Notes under the pieces: generated by a model | Seen by the model: only the letters and a program-made list of their open reading frames with translations | Told to the model about the DNA's origin: nothing | The model's database searches: none | Virus record (IMG/VR): IMGVR_UViG_3300045988_115217 | Direction: 5' to 3' (one strand) | Length of the DNA: 64,000 nucleotides | DNA from: a virus | Position numbers and translations under genes: made by a program | Part shown: one piece after another, positions 8,403 to 18,026 of the stretch | How the letters are laid out: each line of letters opens with the position of its first letter | Position numbering within the stretch: the first letter of the stretch is position 1

Positions 8403-9245
8403 ATGATTGCTAGCACCTTTCATCTGTTTGGTTTTTTACTTTATATAATGATGAGAAGAATAAGAATAGGAATACAGGAAGCTAAGTTTGCTCTGAGCGA
8501 TAAGAATCGCTTGGATGCCTTCTGTTTGCTTCTTAAAATAAAGCTCTTATTCCGCTCATCAGACCTTAACCTTGTATCATACAACCATTGCGCCAAGCTA
8601 TTACATATCGATAATAATAAATTGAAAAGGCTGCTTGAATATGGTTGCAAGATAGGGTATTTCCGTTTTGAGGAGAAAAACGGAAAGAAGAGGTTCATTG
8701 CACGCAGCATCCATTCCAATGATGGATATAGTTATAAACTTCGCAAGGATGATTTAACGAAGATGACATTTCCTTCCATCAAAAACCTTTTGAGAAGGAT
8801 TGTTATGGAGAACCAAGTTAGAATGCAAGAGGATGTAATCAATACGCATAATAAGGGGACGAATGGGAGAAATGCGAAGATTATTCGCAAGGCTCTTAAA
8901 CGTGAAAATCGTATGTTGAGGAAGAAATTTAGCGATAACAAAGGTTTATCTTATGACAGAATCAAGGATGTTATCTATGGCACGATGTACCAAGCATTCA
9001 AAGTTACAAATCAGCTTGTAAGCAAAGGCATCATCAATAAGCGCACAAGAATCAAGGAAATAAGGTGCGATGCAAAGGTATGTACCAATAATATGGCTAT
9101 CACGGATATTGAAGGTTCTGTCATAGTGATAAGCGCAAAAAAAAGAAGTGCATTTTCTGTTGAGTCAAATATCTATCGTATGCAGATAGATGATGCTATA
9201 TCAATATCTCGTCATGGGATGAGAAGAAAGGAGGCAAAAATGTAG
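8403..9245 (+). CDS. winged-helix DNA-binding protein, paralogue of 57890-58672
   Basis: N-terminal wHTH-like segment and a second HTH (GLSYDRIKDVIYGT...QLVSKGII) that parallels GISYKYIAEKLSVS...FAVKNEIL in the other ORF. Confidence 0.5.
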   Translation: MIASTFHLFGFLLYIMMRRIRIGIQEAKFALSDKNRLDAFCLLLKIKLLFRSSDLNLVSYNHCAKLLHIDNNKLKRLLEYGCKIGYFRFEEKNGKKRFIARSIHSNDGYSYKLRKDDLTKMTFPSIKNLLRRIVMENQVRMQEDVINTHNKGTNGRNAKIIRKALKRENRMLRKKFSDNKGLSYDRIKDVIYGTMYQAFKVTNQLVSKGIINKRTRIKEIRCDAKVCTNNMAITDIEGSVIVISAKKRSAFSVESNIYRMQIDDAISISRHGMRRKEAKM

Positions 9246-9392
9246 TTTATGTAAAATCAAAAACAATAAAATAAGGGATGAAAGCTTTAATTAAATTTAT
9301 TTCCTTATAGGGGCGACAGCCCCAAGAAATAATTAACTAACGGGCGCACATACGCCCCCAACCCGATTATATAATAACACAGGAGATACGAA

Positions 9393-9836
9393 ATGGAGAA
9401 AAAGAAAAATTGGCTCGATACTTACCTCACACCAGCAAAAGAACTTGTTGGATATGAGTGCTATGTAAGTTGTGATTATGAAGATAGGTTCGCAATAGGA
9501 AAATTTTCGGTTATCATCATTAAGAACGGAGAAGTTGTAGCAAAAGAGAAAAATCACATCTATTGCGCTTCAAAGGCAGTCGTTATCGTAGAAGCGACAC
9601 TCTTTATGATGCAAAAATGCGAGAATGCCGATATTATCACAATACATTCGGAATACTTTAAAAATTACTTTGCCTTTTTCAATGAGGCAAGAAAGGCTTA
9701 CGCACAAACAAAGAAAAACTATATGAGCTCATACAAGAGCTTTAGAAAGGATGCGGAAGTAATCTTTGACCTCACTACTTGGTATAAAAGAAACAAATAC
9801 GATGATGAGGTTGAGAAAATGTTAAGCGATAACTAA
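9393..9836 (+). CDS. hypothetical protein (147 aa), weak RNase H-like pattern
   Basis: AGGAGATAC box at 9382-9390. The D...E...S/E spacing is only suggestive. Confidence 0.45.
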   Translation: MEKKKNWLDTYLTPAKELVGYECYVSCDYEDRFAIGKFSVIIIKNGEVVAKEKNHIYCASKAVVIVEATLFMMQKCENADIITIHSEYFKNYFAFFNEARKAYAQTKKNYMSSYKSFRKDAEVIFDLTTWYKRNKYDDEVEKMLSDN

Positions 9837-9855
9837 ACTACAGGAGATATGCAAG

Positions 9856-10191
9856 ATGAAAAATGAAACGAAATTAAAGAAGTTGATGGGTTGGCTGGAT
9901 AAGAATAATATCGAGTATAGATGTCCATCAGGAGAAATGAGCAAATATAAAAGAAGAAAACGTAGTGACCTCTTTATTCCTCGTTTTACAGTATCTGTAC
10001 GAATAGATGATGATTATACGCAGAAATGGTACAGAACGCATTATAACAGGAATCCAGTTGTAATTCGTGATACTGACACACCGAAATTTCTGATAGAGAA
10101 AATACAAAACACTATCACAAGGGTTATGGTCAATCAGCAAAAGCATTATATGAGAGAACAGGATAAAAAGAAAACAAAACTAAAAAGATAG
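9856..10191 (+). CDS. hypothetical basic protein (111 aa)
   Basis: ORF preceded by AGGAGATAT. Confidence 0.45.
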   Translation: MKNETKLKKLMGWLDKNNIEYRCPSGEMSKYKRRKRSDLFIPRFTVSVRIDDDYTQKWYRTHYNRNPVVIRDTDTPKFLIEKIQNTITRVMVNQQKHYMREQDKKKTKLKR

Positions 10192-10197
10192 CAATGT

Positions 10198-10428
10198 ATG
10201 GAAAGACTTAATTTTAAGGTAGAGTTTGCTGATAATGGAGTTGTTGTCACGGATAATAACAAGGATTTCGTAAATGTTTACGAAGAGAACGAACGTGGTG
10301 ACTCTTCTGAATATACGAGAAGAGCTATCAGTGACTCTATAGCAGATACGATTGCTCATTTATTGCTTAATGGTTCTGATAGATTAGAGCCAAAGTCGAT
10401 TTATAAAATTAAAATAGAGATAAGATGA
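10198..10428 (+). CDS. hypothetical acidic protein (76 aa)
   Basis: ORF tightly packed with its neighbours. Confidence 0.4.
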   Translation: MERLNFKVEFADNGVVVTDNNKDFVNVYEENERGDSSEYTRRAISDSIADTIAHLLLNGSDRLEPKSIYKIKIEIR

Positions 10429-10658
10429 ATTTTTTGAAAAAGAAAGAAAAGAAGCCGAATACGGCAGTTAAATATGAGGTACGTGAGTTTATTCACGGTG
10501 GAATTGAGTATATTACAGACTGTCCTTTCGGCGAGTGTGGGCGATATACGCATGTCATAAATAAGGTTGGAGCACTTGAATGCAATATCTGTTGCTATCA
10601 GAAGAAAAATAAGACAGAAGAAGGGATTGTAAGATGCTCGCACCCTATTGAGCAGTAA
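10425..10658 (+). CDS. hypothetical Cys-rich (zinc-ribbon-like) protein
   Basis: CPFGEC...CNICC pattern, with a 4-nt overlap to the upstream gene. Confidence 0.4.
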   Translation: MNFLKKKEKKPNTAVKYEVREFIHGGIEYITDCPFGECGRYTHVINKVGALECNICCYQKKNKTEEGIVRCSHPIEQ

Positions 10659-10692
10659 ACCAAGGTTAATGAACTTTTAAAAAAATAAAGTT

Positions 10693-11166
10693 ATGATAGA
10701 ATCAATGAAGATACGTGAAGGATTGGTGTTTATTTTTTCCAAAAAAGATGCCGCAGCTTTACATATCAACACAGATAAGTATTTACTAAAATTTAAAGTT
10801 ATTAGTGTTGAGAAAAAAGAAGTAAAATGCCTAATATACGGGGTAGATAATGAAGAATCCGAAGATATAACAGTATTCGATTTTGAGTATGTGAGCAGAT
10901 ATGGCAATAGTTACAATGCAGAGCAGCCAAAGAGTGAAGCGGTTAATCATCCAAATCATTACGCTTGGTTAAAAGAACTCTGCGGCATAGAGCCGATTGA
11001 TATTTGCCGCCACCTTGATTTTAACTGCGGCTCGGCAATAAAATATCTCTTACGCAAGGGAAAGAAGGAAATGAATCTTTCCGAGCAAGAACAGAGAGTG
11101 CAGGATTTGAGCAAAGCAATCTTCTATCTACAAGATGAGATAAAAATGTTAAAAAATCAAAAATAG
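10693..11166 (+). CDS. DUF3310 family protein
   Basis: NHPNHY...IEPIDI...FNCGSAIKYLLRKGKK is the DUF3310 core. Confidence 0.7.
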   Translation: MIESMKIREGLVFIFSKKDAAALHINTDKYLLKFKVISVEKKEVKCLIYGVDNEESEDITVFDFEYVSRYGNSYNAEQPKSEAVNHPNHYAWLKELCGIEPIDICRHLDFNCGSAIKYLLRKGKKEMNLSEQEQRVQDLSKAIFYLQDEIKMLKNQK

Positions 11167-11173
11167 TAAAGAT

Positions 11174-11932
11174 ATGAAAGAGTTGATAAAGAAAGAAACC
11201 ATGACCTCGCTTGAAATTGCCGAGGTTACAGGTAAGCGGCATTCTGATGTTCTTGAAGCTATCAGAAACATGGAAGCTGCTTGGGAAAAAGTAGCCCAAC
11301 GGAAATTTCCGCTCGGCTCATACAAGGACGCAAACAACCAAGACCGCCCTTGCTACATCCTAAACAAAACCGAGTGCTTGTATGTCGCCACTAAGTTCAA
11401 TGACGAGGCAAGAGCGAAATTGATTCTTCGTTGGGAAGAACTAGAAATCAAACAATGTGAGCAATATCAAGTGCCACAGTCATTTGCCGAGGCTCTGATG
11501 TTGGCTGCAAAACAGCAACAAAAAATTGAAGAGCAACAGAAACAACTTGAAGCAAGCTCAAAGGAAATCGTAGAGTTGAACGGCGCTATATCCAAGATGC
11601 AACCAAAGGTAACTTATGTAGATAAGATTCTATCAAGCAATGAGACTGTAACGACAACGCAAATTGCACAGGACTACGGTCAGTCAGCAAAGGCGTTCAA
11701 TGTCTTGCTTCGTAATTTTGGCATTCAACATAAGGTTGGCGGTCAGTGGATATTGTACGCAAAATACCTTCCTTATGGTTATGTGCAATCTGATACTGTA
11801 CCTATCGTTCATCGAAACGGAACGAATGGCTCGGTGATGCACACAAAATGGACTCAGAAAGGAAGATTGTTTCTTTACGAGGAGTTGAAGAAGCATGGCA
11901 ACTTACCTCTCATAGAGCAAAATCAGCAATGA
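11174..11932 (+). CDS. Rha-family regulator with a KilAC antirepressor domain
   Basis: N-terminal TSLEIAEVTGKRHSDVLEAIRNM (Rha). C-terminal TTTQIAQDYGQSAKAFNVLLRNFGI (KilA-C). Confidence 0.75.
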   Translation: MKELIKKETMTSLEIAEVTGKRHSDVLEAIRNMEAAWEKVAQRKFPLGSYKDANNQDRPCYILNKTECLYVATKFNDEARAKLILRWEELEIKQCEQYQVPQSFAEALMLAAKQQQKIEEQQKQLEASSKEIVELNGAISKMQPKVTYVDKILSSNETVTTTQIAQDYGQSAKAFNVLLRNFGIQHKVGGQWILYAKYLPYGYVQSDTVPIVHRNGTNGSVMHTKWTQKGRLFLYEELKKHGNLPLIEQNQQ

Positions 11933-12288
11933 AGATAAGCAAGGCTCTTATCAGACAAATTCGCTGCGACCTTCTTTCACATACAACCGATGCAGAGAAG
12001 GCTGCGGCGAAAATCTGTACTTTATTAGGATATAAGGTGATATCACAGCAACCAATAGTCACGGGCAGAAAGCTATACTTCGCTGATATATATCTGCCCG
12101 AGATAAAATTGATTATAGAGGTAGATGGTGGCTATCATTTTACTAAAGACCAAAAGCGCAAGGATGGTAACCGCTCATCTGGTATATGGCGACTCGGGTA
12201 TCATGTAGTAAGATTGAATAATCACGATGCAAGGAACCCGAAGAAAGTAAAAGCAAAGATAGATATTATATTACATAAGGCAAAATAG
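11929..12288 (+). CDS. DUF559 / Vsr-like endonuclease-domain protein
   Basis: YFADIYLP...LIIEVDGGYH...VVRLNN pattern. I place the ATG at 11929, overlapping the upstream TGA (ATGA), rather than at the track start of 11848. Confidence 0.65.
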   Translation: MKISKALIRQIRCDLLSHTTDAEKAAAKICTLLGYKVISQQPIVTGRKLYFADIYLPEIKLIIEVDGGYHFTKDQKRKDGNRSSGIWRLGYHVVRLNNHDARNPKKVKAKIDIILHKAK

Positions 12289-12325
12289 CTGATAATTTCG
12301 GTTATTTTGCCTTTTCTTTTTTATT
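12279..12325 (+). terminator. rho-independent terminator
   Basis: GGCAAAATA / TATTTTGCC stem followed by a T-run. Confidence 0.65.
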
Positions 12326-12402
12326 TTAATTATCTATTCATTTATTAAAAGAAAATCGCTTATAACGCAAGAAAACTACCTAAAAACGCATTTGTTTACA
12401 CA

Positions 12403-12447
12403 GCTATTAATAATTTCTATTCATTATTTATTAGAAATATTAATTTT
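12403..12447 (+). promoter_or_regulatory. promoter of the structural (late) operon
   Basis: TAATTTTG at 12440-12447, with GCTATTA / TCTATTC / TTTATTA boxes upstream. Confidence 0.5.
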
Positions 12448-12493
12448 GCAAGCAGAATCATTTTTAAGTATAACGTTTTAACAGGAAATTACT

Positions 12494-13165
12494 ATGACAA
12501 TAAAAGACAGAGTGCTTTCTTCTGCCAAAACATCATTTGCAAAGTATGGTTTGAAGAAGGATGAACTTTCAAAGCTGGTTGACCTGATTATTGCAAGTCG
12601 TGGTCTAACAGATGAGTCAAAGGACGAGAATGTAACGAGTGCTATCACGGCAGTTGAACCTTATGTTGGTATGATGCAATCATCATTCAATCGTGCGGTC
12701 AGCGAAACAACGAAGAAATTCGATGGCTGGATTGACCCTAACGACCCTAACAATAAGCCTACACCTCTAGTGCCTCCAACAGGACTTACACAAGAGCAAG
12801 TTCAGCAGATGATTGCCGAAGCAAGTGCAAATAATCAGAAAGCTATTTCTGATGCCGTAGCACAAGCTCTCGCTCCCTACAAAGAGAGAGAAGAGAAGGC
12901 ACGCTTGATGAGTCTTTTGCAAGGCAACGAAAAACTGAAGGACATTCCTGAAATATTCCGTACACGTTATCAGCTCGACAAGGAGGAAAATCTCGATGCT
13001 ACAGTACAGAAGATTGTTGACGAGTGGACTGCACTCAAACAGGGGCTTGTGTCAAGTGGTCAGTACGTGGAAGCACCGAAAGCAACCTCTAAGGCAGATG
13101 AGCAGAATGATTTTATCAAGGCGATGCAAGGCTACTCTGAGCGAAATGCTCCGAAACCAGAGTAA
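12494..13165 (+). CDS. putative scaffolding protein
   Basis: First gene of the late operon. Helical, charged, 223 aa, positioned two genes before the capsid gene. Confidence 0.4.
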   Translation: MTIKDRVLSSAKTSFAKYGLKKDELSKLVDLIIASRGLTDESKDENVTSAITAVEPYVGMMQSSFNRAVSETTKKFDGWIDPNDPNNKPTPLVPPTGLTQEQVQQMIAEASANNQKAISDAVAQALAPYKEREEKARLMSLLQGNEKLKDIPEIFRTRYQLDKEENLDATVQKIVDEWTALKQGLVSSGQYVEAPKATSKADEQNDFIKAMQGYSERNAPKPE

Positions 13166-13216
13166 CCCTTTACTGCCTTAAAGAAACATTTTGTCGAACC
13201 TTTTAAAAAAGAAAAG

Positions 13217-13792
13217 ATGTCAAACAAAGGCTATTTTATGAAGAAAAGCAAGCCTACTGATATTAAGGAAGCAGTATGGCTTGAAGAACAATGCCTTCGC
13301 CGTCAGGGTGGTTATAATCTTGACCAGTCTAATCTTCCTGCGTCACTCAAATGGTTACCAAAGGGTACTGTATTGAAGCTTACTTCTAACGGTAATGCTA
13401 TTGCTGTTAAGACTGCACGAGTAACAGAAAAGGCAGAGAAGAGTGCAACGACCTTGAAGATTGCAAGCGGTTCTCTGTTCGCCATTGGTGATAAGATTGC
13501 TGGTGCAACTATCTCTGCGATTACATCCGAAAGCGGCATTGATACCTTGACAGTTTCCGCACTCGGAAACGCTGTTGAGGCAAAGGCTGTTGTTTCAGAT
13601 TATGATAAGACCAAGGATGTCCTTCTTGGCTTTTCGTATGATACTCTTGACTTGGATAAGGATGCTTCTATTCCAGCAACTCCTACCTTACAGGTAATGG
13701 AGGTTGAGGAAGATTCGCTTCCATATCCTATCAATGAAGAGATTAAGTTAGGTATCAACGCTGTTGGTATCGCTTTGTTCAAAATTCAGTAA
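13217..13792 (+). CDS. putative head decoration/accessory protein
   Basis: Sits between the scaffold-like and capsid-like genes (lambda Nu3-D-E order). The start may be the ATG at 13238. Confidence 0.35.
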   Translation: MSNKGYFMKKSKPTDIKEAVWLEEQCLRRQGGYNLDQSNLPASLKWLPKGTVLKLTSNGNAIAVKTARVTEKAEKSATTLKIASGSLFAIGDKIAGATISAITSESGIDTLTVSALGNAVEAKAVVSDYDKTKDVLLGFSYDTLDLDKDASIPATPTLQVMEVEEDSLPYPINEEIKLGINAVGIALFKIQ

Positions 13793-13816
13793 CCTATAAA
13801 GTGGAGATTTAAAGAT

Positions 13817-14911
13817 ATGAATAGTATTTTGAAAAGTCTGCAAGACCCTCTGTCTTTCCAGACATATATCGACGAAAATATGAAAACTTCCACTTACAAG
13901 GCTTTGTGGAAGAACGAGATTAAGCAGGTTGATTTCTGCGCTGCGAAATCTTATAACGAGAACCTCGCTGAGTATAACGCTGCGATGGTTGCATCTGTAG
14001 TTGCCAAGAACGGTGAACGCCCATTGCATCAGTTGCCTGACTTTGGTCAGCTTACTGGTTCTATCGGTCGCATGGCTGATGAATGGGAACTTGATAATGA
14101 TTATCTTGACCAGTTGCACCTTTTGGAGGGTAAGTATAATGATATCAAAGGTCGTGATAATTATACGCAGTCGCAGCTTAATGCGGCTTATGACAAGTTG
14201 ATTTCATTCTCTTTCCGTCCAATGGAGAGAGCTGTCATTGCTCCGCATAAGCGTTTGGATATGCTCTATTTTGAGGGTCTGTACAAGGGCACTCAGACTG
14301 TATCACGCAGCAATAACAAGAAGGCGAATGTATCTTACACCTTCAATCTTGGCACCAAGAAGATTAAAACAAGTGTCAACTGGGGAGCAGAGAACGCAAC
14401 TCCATTCAAGGATATTAAATCTTTGAAGGATGAGACAAAGAAGAAGGGTCGTAAGATTCTTAAACTCCGTATGTCAGAGAATACCTTCTACGCAATGTGT
14501 CAGGCGAAGGAGATTAAGGACACCTTCAAGCTGAATCTTGGTACGGTTGCGATTAACCCTGCTGTTCCTCTTATCACCGTTGAGCACATGAATACGTATC
14601 TGCGTTCCATCCTGCTGCCAACCATCGTTATTGACGAAGACCAGTTCGTTACTCTCGCTGATGGTACAAGTGTGAACCTTATCCCAGACAATCGTGTTGT
14701 TGCCCAGTGTGCTGAGACTGTCGCTGTAATGAAGGAGGCAGAAGGCTTGGAGGCAGTTGACCCATTGCCTAACGTATCTTATGCCAACCATGACGGTAAT
14801 CTTGTCGGTTATTGGCGTGATAAGACTGGTTATCATATCACTACTGATATGTGGGCACAGCCAGTTTTCAATGGCGTTAACGACTACTATATCCTCGAGG
14901 TTGGCGATTAA
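13817..14911 (+). CDS. major capsid protein (lambda E-like position)
   Basis: 364 aa, with synteny after the scaffold and decoration genes. No motif-level proof. Confidence 0.55.
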   Translation: MNSILKSLQDPLSFQTYIDENMKTSTYKALWKNEIKQVDFCAAKSYNENLAEYNAAMVASVVAKNGERPLHQLPDFGQLTGSIGRMADEWELDNDYLDQLHLLEGKYNDIKGRDNYTQSQLNAAYDKLISFSFRPMERAVIAPHKRLDMLYFEGLYKGTQTVSRSNNKKANVSYTFNLGTKKIKTSVNWGAENATPFKDIKSLKDETKKKGRKILKLRMSENTFYAMCQAKEIKDTFKLNLGTVAINPAVPLITVEHMNTYLRSILLPTIVIDEDQFVTLADGTSVNLIPDNRVVAQCAETVAVMKEAEGLEAVDPLPNVSYANHDGNLVGYWRDKTGYHITTDMWAQPVFNGVNDYYILEVGD

Positions 14912-14981
14912 TCGCCACCTTGATGGAACTATGTAATAAGTAAATATTATCTTCTTCTTATATTGATATAACAAGGAAAGT

Positions 14982-15335
14982 ATGACAATTTCAGAAGCCA
15001 TAGCAAGCGAGATTCAGCCATATTCTACATCAGACGAGGCTATTGAAAAGATGTTCATCGATGCTGCCGACAAGTTCGGTGTACCGTCATCTGTTGGCGA
15101 CGAATATTCTGTAGGAATGAAAAAACCTGTCGCATACAGTGCAATGCGCATACTTTACAAAATGAAAACCCTCTCAAATGAGAATATCGGAGGCATATCG
15201 CAAAGCTATAAGGATAAAAACTCCGTTATAGACGATATGATTAAATCTATTGCTAAGGATGCTGGATTGGACGCTTCCCTTGTTATTGATAATAACTCTG
15301 ATGGTTTTTGGGTTACGAGTGCAAAAGTTTGGTAA
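14982..15335 (+). CDS. putative head-tail connector protein
   Basis: Small ORF between the capsid and tail genes. Confidence 0.4.
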   Translation: MTISEAIASEIQPYSTSDEAIEKMFIDAADKFGVPSSVGDEYSVGMKKPVAYSAMRILYKMKTLSNENIGGISQSYKDKNSVIDDMIKSIAKDAGLDASLVIDNNSDGFWVTSAKVW

Positions 15336-15349
15336 AGGAGGGATGATGT

Positions 15350-15778
15350 ATGAATTTTGAAGATTCGCTTAAAATCGGTGCAAATGTCTATGATATTGGT
15401 TATGCAGAAGTTGGCGGAAAGTATTATTCTTTAAACGATGATGGTACACTAAACCTTTCTGATAACGCAAATGAGGCATTAAAATCAGGCTTCGATGAAG
15501 AGGGAAATCCTCTAACACCAGAGGCGTTTATCTTTATCGATTTCGGAAAGTGCGTTATTCTACCTAACACCAAGGCGAGCGTTATTACTTTGGCAGATGG
15601 ACAAAAATATACATACATGTATGAGATATATGCTCCGCTCAATAAAACAAAATACCCACTCATCCCGAAAGAAGGCGACAAGGTGTATATAACTAAAAAG
15701 GATGGTACTATTGATAAGGAAATGGAGGTTAAAGGCTTTGTTACTTACAAGAAACGCTATCTCAAAATCTGGCTTTAA
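15350..15778 (+). CDS. putative head-tail joining protein
   Basis: Assigned by synteny only. Confidence 0.35.
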   Translation: MNFEDSLKIGANVYDIGYAEVGGKYYSLNDDGTLNLSDNANEALKSGFDEEGNPLTPEAFIFIDFGKCVILPNTKASVITLADGQKYTYMYEIYAPLNKTKYPLIPKEGDKVYITKKDGTIDKEMEVKGFVTYKKRYLKIWL

Positions 15779-15780
15779 AA

Positions 15781-16257
15781 ATGGCAAACGTCAAATTGCA
15801 AATAAGAGGTCGTGAGGCTTTACAACAGAAGTTAAACGAAAAGAGAGAACAACTCATCAAAGCTCTTAATGTGCGTTTGATGCAACTTGCCGAAGAAGCC
15901 GTTATTTATTCTAAGGACAACAAAGGTTATCAGGATAGGACGGCTAACTTAAAAAACTCAATATCTTTCGCTCTATATTTAGATGGCGAAATCGTTGTAT
16001 CTAAAATAGGTGCGATACCTAAAGCGGAAGAAGTCGTAGGAGGACAGGATGCGGTAGGAGAAGCATTACAAAATTATGCACAGCAAGAGGGCGTTGTCGC
16101 ACCTAAAGGCTATTCTCTTATCATTGTGGCTGGCATGAACTACGGAAAGTATGTTGAGGATAAAGGCTATAATGTTCTGCACCTTACAAAGTATTATCTT
16201 AGGAGCGAAATGAAGAAGATTTTTGAAGAAGTTATTGAAATGATAAAAGGCGTATAG
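15781..16257 (+). CDS. putative HK97 gp10-like head-tail protein
   Basis: Synteny plus a loose N-terminal resemblance to HK97 gp10. Confidence 0.35.
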   Translation: MANVKLQIRGREALQQKLNEKREQLIKALNVRLMQLAEEAVIYSKDNKGYQDRTANLKNSISFALYLDGEIVVSKIGAIPKAEEVVGGQDAVGEALQNYAQQEGVVAPKGYSLIIVAGMNYGKYVEDKGYNVLHLTKYYLRSEMKKIFEEVIEMIKGV

Positions 16258-16263
16258 TTAGAT

Positions 16264-16668
16264 ATGATACTCGGAGATAAAGCGGTAACGGCATTATTTA
16301 AGTATCTCAATGATAATATTGAGAGTATAGGCATAAAGAAAGGTCGTATCTTTAAGTATGAGATACCCGAAAAATTGGCTGCTGGTGATTATATCGCCAT
16401 CAATCATCTTCCCTTTGTGTATAGTGATGCCATTAATGAAGGTGTAGTGAATCTGAATATTCATTGCCATAAGACTTCATCTAACTTACCTGATACAAAG
16501 AAGCTCTCTGATTACTCAGAAAAGATTCTTTCTCTGTTTGATAATGATACTTATCTTGGTGGCTGCTACTTTGATTTTTACTCTATCTCTCGCCCAACTC
16601 GTGATAATGATGACACTTATTACATTAATATAAAATTTACAGTAACATACAACAATTTAAAAGATTAA
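16264..16668 (+). CDS. putative tail completion/terminator protein
   Basis: Lies immediately upstream of the major tail gene. Confidence 0.35.
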   Translation: MILGDKAVTALFKYLNDNIESIGIKKGRIFKYEIPEKLAAGDYIAINHLPFVYSDAINEGVVNLNIHCHKTSSNLPDTKKLSDYSEKILSLFDNDTYLGGCYFDFYSISRPTRDNDDTYYINIKFTVTYNNLKD

Positions 16669-16672
16669 AGCT

Positions 16673-17227
16673 ATGAAGAATGGTGTATATGGATTGGAGA
16701 GTTTCTCCTTTGCCGACTGTGTAGAAAACGGCGGCTATCCAACCACATGGAGCGATAAGATTAAGGCTGTCGTATCTGGTAGCCTTACCTTTAATGACCA
16801 GGCAGCGCAGACAAGCGATGTGGAAATTGAGGATTCAGACGAACCTTACGCAACGCTTAAAACCTCTGCGGCAACCAAGGGCTTTACGCTGCAAACTTAC
16901 GACCTTTCTGAGGAAAATTTCACAAAACTCCTCAATTATACAAAGGATGAAGGTACTGGCGGAAAGAATGCTTGGTATAACGAACTTCCGCAGGAAATTG
17001 AGGTTCACAAAGCAGTTCAGATTGTCACAAAGAAGCTGGATGATATCCCTTCTAAGACCTTCCAGTGGTCAAAGATGAAGCTGACTATCACACGCAGCGG
17101 CTCTATTGGAAAGGGTGGTTTGCCTAACCTTAACATCGAATTCCGTCAGATGGCGGTATTTGACGCTAAGGGCGACCCAAAGAGCGGTCACCGATGGATT
17201 CTTACTGATAATATCAGTGAAGGCTAA
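16673..17227 (+). CDS. putative major tail protein
   Basis: 184 aa, located just before the chaperone pair and tape measure, and followed by an attenuating hairpin. Confidence 0.5.
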   Translation: MKNGVYGLESFSFADCVENGGYPTTWSDKIKAVVSGSLTFNDQAAQTSDVEIEDSDEPYATLKTSAATKGFTLQTYDLSEENFTKLLNYTKDEGTGGKNAWYNELPQEIEVHKAVQIVTKKLDDIPSKTFQWSKMKLTITRSGSIGKGGLPNLNIEFRQMAVFDAKGDPKSGHRWILTDNISEG

Positions 17228-17277
17228 GCAAATGTGTCATTCATTACATATAAATTAATTAAACATCAACTACTAAG

Positions 17278-17320
17278 AGCGGTGAGGTAAGGGGACTTTC
17301 CCAAGCCGCACCGCTTTTTC
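17278..17320 (+). terminator. hairpin terminator/attenuator after the major tail gene
   Basis: AGCGGTG / CACCGCT stem followed by TTTTT. Confidence 0.55.
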
Positions 17321-17346
17321 TATGCATTATAAAACATATTAACAAT

Positions 17347-17793
17347 ATGAGAACAACAGAAAAGGAAAAGGTTGCAAAAACACTTGCCGAAGCATCTATA
17401 AAGATTAAGGTTGGTAAGTTTTACTTCAAAGTAAAGCCTCTCACATTTATGCAGATTTACGAAATGGGTGTCTTTGCTAATGATATTAAAAACCCTACGT
17501 GGAAAGAAGGCGATAAGCTTAATATCGTAGCATTATTGCTAAAACACTCTGATAGCGCAAGACTTATGAGTGAAATCTTTATTGTTTGTGCTTTTCGTAA
17601 GAGCTGGGCACGCAGAATATTCGGGCGATACATTCGCAAGCATCTTGATATTATAGCATTCAATGAGCTTATAAAATTTATCAGCACCTCTTTTAATGCA
17701 AATTTTTTCTTGACCTCTATCACTTTCCTGACCCAAACGAAGATAATGACGGAGAAGAAAACGATTCTCCGTGGGCAGTCGTCGGAGGCGTGA
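17347..17793 (+). CDS. tail assembly chaperone (G-like)
   Basis: Positioned before the tape measure. Contains the slippery heptamer T_TTT_TTC at 17703-17709. Confidence 0.55.
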   Translation: MRTTEKEKVAKTLAEASIKIKVGKFYFKVKPLTFMQIYEMGVFANDIKNPTWKEGDKLNIVALLLKHSDSARLMSEIFIVCAFRKSWARRIFGRYIRKHLDIIAFNELIKFISTSFNANFFLTSITFLTQTKIMTEKKTILRGQSSEA

Positions 17794-18005
17794 TGAAATA
17801 CTTCCGTATGAGTTACGAAGAGGTCGTATTTAATCGCTCATACATTAACATAATGCTGCTTAATCGCTCTATCCCTACGTTTAATACTAAAAAGGATAAA
17901 GGTGGCGAAAATGATAACATAAATAATAAAAAATATACACAGAAAGAACATCATAATATAGAAAAAGCGCAACACGCTAATGATTTCTTTATGGGTATGA
18001 TGTAG
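17703..18005 (+). CDS. -1 frame extension of the tail assembly chaperone (GT-like product)
   Basis: The -1 frame is open from the heptamer to the TAG at 18003-18005 (hand translation FFLDLYHFPDPNEDNDGEEN...). Confidence 0.45.
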   Translation, partial: FFLDLYHFPDPNEDNDGEENDSPWAVVGGVMKYFRMSYEEVVFNRSYINIMLLNRSIPTFNTKKDKGGENDNINNKKYTQKEHHNIEKAQHANDFFMGMM

Positions 18006-18026
18006 AACTTATAAACCTTTATTATT

